From: Glaucostegus cemiculus
Lineage: Eukaryota
Length of the DNA: 64,000 nt
Reading direction: 5' to 3'
Assembly (NCBI GenBank): GCA_976551045.1
Contig: CDPCPM010000239.1
Location: forward strand, 5,394,001 to 5,458,000
Position numbers and translations under genes: made by a program. Of this stretch, positions 59,946-64,000 are shown one piece after another. Numbering within the stretch: position 1 is the stretch's first letter; each line of letters begins with the position of its first letter. Below the pieces are notes generated by a model, which worked only from the letters and a program-made list of their open reading frames with translations, ran no database searches and was not told the origin of the DNA.

Positions 59946-61407
59946 ATAATAGAATTGCCAAAATAATAGTTTGTTTCTTATATCTTTATTGGTATAATGT
60001 AAAATATCCCAGAAGTGTGTATACTGGAAGAGAATTGTCTTCTCTTCAATTAGTAATCTCTTTGAATATTCTTTCCAGTTACTTTGCAATATCCAGCTGG
60101 GGTTAATAATTCCACAGAAATACCAATGTTGCAGTCTGCTGTGCATCAAATGGAGTCTTCCTTACTTTTTCTTCCAAAACAGGTGAAGTTGTGCTTGACA
60201 GAACAGGTGGAGGGGTAATGTTGTACACTCCTTCCACTTTTCCGGAACGTTCTCATTGGAGAGAGTCGAGGTGCTCAAACCTTCCCTGAATACTTTGCTT
60301 CCATCTTGTGTGGTTGTAGGCCAGAGAGAACGACAATACACTACACCAGAGGCCCTTACAATTCCTTGAACTACTTGACTACCAAAATCAACATGACAAG
60401 GCTGAACGAGCAAGAAATTTCAGTACAGGACAGGATTAAGAATATTTTCTAGTGTAACTGATTGCTCCTCTGATATGCTAGTTTCACTTCACTTCAGTAC
60501 TGTTCCAAACAGCAGGAACAAGCTGCCTTCAAGCTCTCTTGGCTACAAATACTTCACATGAAGTCCTCATTAATAGTGAGGAATAGGGGCATGGACACCA
60601 CTAAGACCAGTGGCGATGACATGAAGGCTGCAATGCCAAAGAGTTTTCAAGCCCTGCACAGATAATAACAATTGATATGCAAGTTTCATCTTGTACATTT
60701 AAGCTTGTCAAAACAAGCTGACCGTGGTGCACCCAAACCAGCTCCAGTCGCACACTGACTATTAATATTTCACTACTTTCCATCACAAAAATACAATCCA
60801 TCTCATGGCAAACAAGATTTACTGGACACCACAGGAGAGGCCTCTGGAGGAATGTGTTGTATTTACCAATACTCCCGGTAATTGAAGCATTGTTAAATGC
60901 AGGACGTCATGAGAATGTGGATCCGTGGTTGTAAGTCAGTGGATGGGGGAAGAGGGGCGTTCAGTTTATTTTTGAACTAACACAAATCAACATTTGATTC
61001 ATTATAATTTCTGTATAAAGAAAGAATGTGCCTGACTCTGGTGTGTTGACTCAAGGGGGCATCATGGGATGTTGGGAAGGTCCCCAAAAAGAGGTCAGGC
61101 TGGTGACAAACAATGCCCAGAGTTAGTCACAGAGACCTTTCAGGGTTCAGTGATACTTTACCCCAACTGGAAAAGAATGCAATTTCATTCACAGAAAACA
61201 GAAGTAAAGTTTACAGATCAAATCAGTAAAAGGCTAGAGTTTGCTTCTTATTCCTTCAGCAATTTCCTGCATATCTACTATCAATTACAAACACTGATAT
61301 GCAGCTTTCTAGCCTTCTTCCCTCACACAGAGTTGGGCACATTCTTTCTTTATACAGAAATTATCATGAACCAAATATTGATTTGTGTTAGTTCAAAAAT
61401 AAACTGA

Positions 61408-61600
61408 AGCCCCTCCTCCCCCATCTACTGGCCACCCCACTCCACCATCAATTCCTGTCTCACCATCATACCCTGCACCACTATCCCTTCCCATCTCCAT
61501 ATGCCCCAACCCCACACCCCCAGCATCATAACCCAACTAAACCCCGTGCCTCTCATCACCATGACCCATGCCCTGCCACCCCCATCACCACCACTGTCAG
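61408..61600. repeat. C/A-rich low-complexity tract
   Basis: Degenerate ccacc/catca/cccc repeats. Confidence 0.6.
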
Positions 61601-61689
61601 CGGATGTATTTCAACAGCAATTGATCTGAAAGTCTATGGCAGGTGCCCTGCTCAATAAAATGTGCTGGGGAGGAAGCACTGGTCCTAAA

Positions 61690-62280
61690 CCATAAGCTTT
61701 TATTTCCTTGTTAAGTAAAGAAGAACAAAACTTCCAGTAAACAAGTGAAGTAATCATGATTAGGGTCAAAAAAGAGTTTCCTTGACAAGACTTGAGACAC
61801 TGACTGGGAACAGCTAAATTTACGCCAACATTGTTGCGTGTTAAGTTTTGGAAATTCCCAAGCAATATTTACAAAAGCGAGGTCCCATTTGTTGCAACTA
61901 CATGACACAAAAGAGCATCAACATCAAGTTGGATGTGAGTGCCCACTAATGTCCATGTGCATTCGACATCAATTCTTGTATCACCATCAGGGACGAATGG
62001 AAAACCATAGCAGAACAACTTTGAGCCACATTTAGCACATATCTTGGTGGGTGATTTCTGAAAGATGTTGATGAGGCATTTGGAAGGGGTTGCAGAGCAG
62101 ATTAAACACACCACAAGGAGGGAATAATATATATTCAGTCAGCTTCTATTGAAGTTCCAATACTTAATTAAGAGACAATGGATTAAATAGTGCATGGTCC
62201 AAAAGGTTCACTTTTTAATTCAGCTTGTCCCAGTTGTACTGGCTAACTATGAGGGAGAAAACTCCAGCCAAAATTCAGGG
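61690..62280 (-). mobile_element. Decayed PIF/Harbinger transposase remnant
   Basis: Minus frame CTWTLVGTHIQL..ALLCHVVATNG resembles C(V/I)GAIDGTHI..LxAVVDAN; TIR-like aaaattcagg at about 62270. Confidence 0.35.
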
Positions 62281-64000
62281 AGCAGCACCAGCTACTATGC
62301 ACGGCCTTTTTCAACCTCACTCAAGCCACAAAAGGATGGTGGAGTACTGAAGTGCTGAGAGAGGATGCAGATGCACTTTGCATCTGAGTTTTAAGCCAGG
62401 GAGTGCTGCATATGGATGGTGACCCCATTAATCTTAATGGCTTTTCCCAATCCTAAGGGAAAAGATAAGTGCTTACCAATTTTAATTACTTATGAGTGGT
62501 TTACAGTGTTCTTAATTTTTTTAAACAATGTTCATATTATCCAATGAATTAAATCCACTTGAAGAGATTTTAAATGTCTCTGACTAGGAAAAATGCTCAA
62601 AAATAGTTGAAAAGTCTCTGACAATCCTACTGCATAAGATACCTGTGCAAAAAAGCAGGAGGGAAGGGAGGGAAGGGAGTGCAGGCAATGAAACTGGGCA
62701 GCAGGCTGGGTCCAGTACGATTCTACTCCTTATTTTTTCTCCACCACAAAGTGCTCCTTTTTAAAAATTTCTTTGTTAATTTTCCATCAAATTTGGAGCC
62801 ATTGTATTGAGCTACTTGTTTATTCAACCACATAATTCCTTTTTGTTCCCTCCCAAGTTTCCCTCCCAAGCACTTTTTTGATGAAGTTCTCCTTGTTTTT
62901 AGTGTCTACACAATTGGAATCATGAAGAATTATTTTACATTCCTTCAAATAAAATTGGAAGTACAAATACATATATATTGCAAATGATGTTGGAATACAG
63001 AATCTCGACTTCTTTCTGTGGTGTTTTCTTCCATAGATTCTTTGCTTTTCTTCCTCCTCCTGAAGTGCATTTTTATTCAAAGTCCATTTACAAGCTTTAG
63101 CTGCACTCTGTAAGTACTCCAACAGAGCCCTGTAACTAATGTATCCTCACTTCAACACAGTCTATCCATTTACCACACCATTATTCATTTATGTTTTTGC
63201 ACAAATACTTGCAGTCATTCACACAAACTCATTCAACTCATTGTGAAGCTTTTGTGTGGCTCAATATCAGGACATCATGTTTCCAGGTGGTGATTGGAAC
63301 CCATGCCCTTCGAAAGAGATAGCATTCTGGATGACTAAACAAGAACTTTCAATTCAAAGGTGTCCAATAGACTGAGTACAACTTCCCCGAGTCGCTGGCT
63401 GGGAGCTGGCATTTCATAGATTTTCTTTTGCTTTTATTTATTCCCACATGTAATTTTCTCAAATGACCTTTATAAGGGCATTATGGTCAGCTTAGACTAT
63501 CATCTTTAATGGTTCATAAAGTTCACTAATGGGCTTTATGTCAATGGTGTAATCAATGTAATATCAATCTCCGCATCTTCAGTGCAGCTTACTGGCTGGG
63601 TTCAGCAGTGAATATATTATTACTGCAATTATTTGGCTAAAATTGTTGCACAGATTTCTCCTTACTAATATGTATAATGACAATGAAGTGCATGTATCTT
63701 TTAAGCTTTACTGAAAAACCAACTTAGCACTCCTGTAAACATTCATTAGAATCATGCAGTATCTTACAATGTTGTATATTGATTCATTCATTGTATGGTA
63801 GCACTCAAATACAGTGATTTGCGTAAAATGTATGCACACTTCTGAAAATACAGTCATGATAGGTTGCATGCAACCTGTGGCACATCATTACCTTAGAAAC
63901 CTTTCAGTAATGACTTTATCTGCTTGGACTCAGCCAAAAAACCTTGCAAATATCAAGCAAAGTATCCCAATATGCTTCATAAGGTTATGAATCAAAATTT

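Noticed and set aside
1-64000. CRISPR array, operon or prokaryotic/viral system
   Set aside because: No regularly spaced repeats or dense long ORFs; the content is typical vertebrate repeat-rich non-coding DNA.

Overview
AT-rich vertebrate non-coding DNA, almost certainly from a cartilaginous fish and probably a ray/sawfish-type elasmobranch. This is inferred from the repeat families: HE1/V-SINE-like tRNA SINEs, HER1/CR1 LINEs with (TTCTATG)n tails, Deu-domain SINEs and Penelope-derived palindromes. I find no intact protein-coding gene, RNA gene or CRISPR array, and nearly all ORF-track entries are chance frames or transposon debris. The window reads as a long intron or gene desert in which layered TE fossils alternate with TE-free, CpG-retaining, motif-dense blocks resembling conserved enhancers. 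The fossils include CR1, L2, RTE, Rex1/Babar, Tx1, Penelope, PIF/Harbinger and a clean solo LTR with a 4-bp TSD. The most interesting structure is a family of short palindromic elements with decayed minimal hammerhead-ribozyme cores, plus a Penelope fragment with an inverted pLTR that could explain their origin. I found no convincing new biological system. Family calls come from recalled motifs rather than database searches, and boundaries of old elements are approximate.
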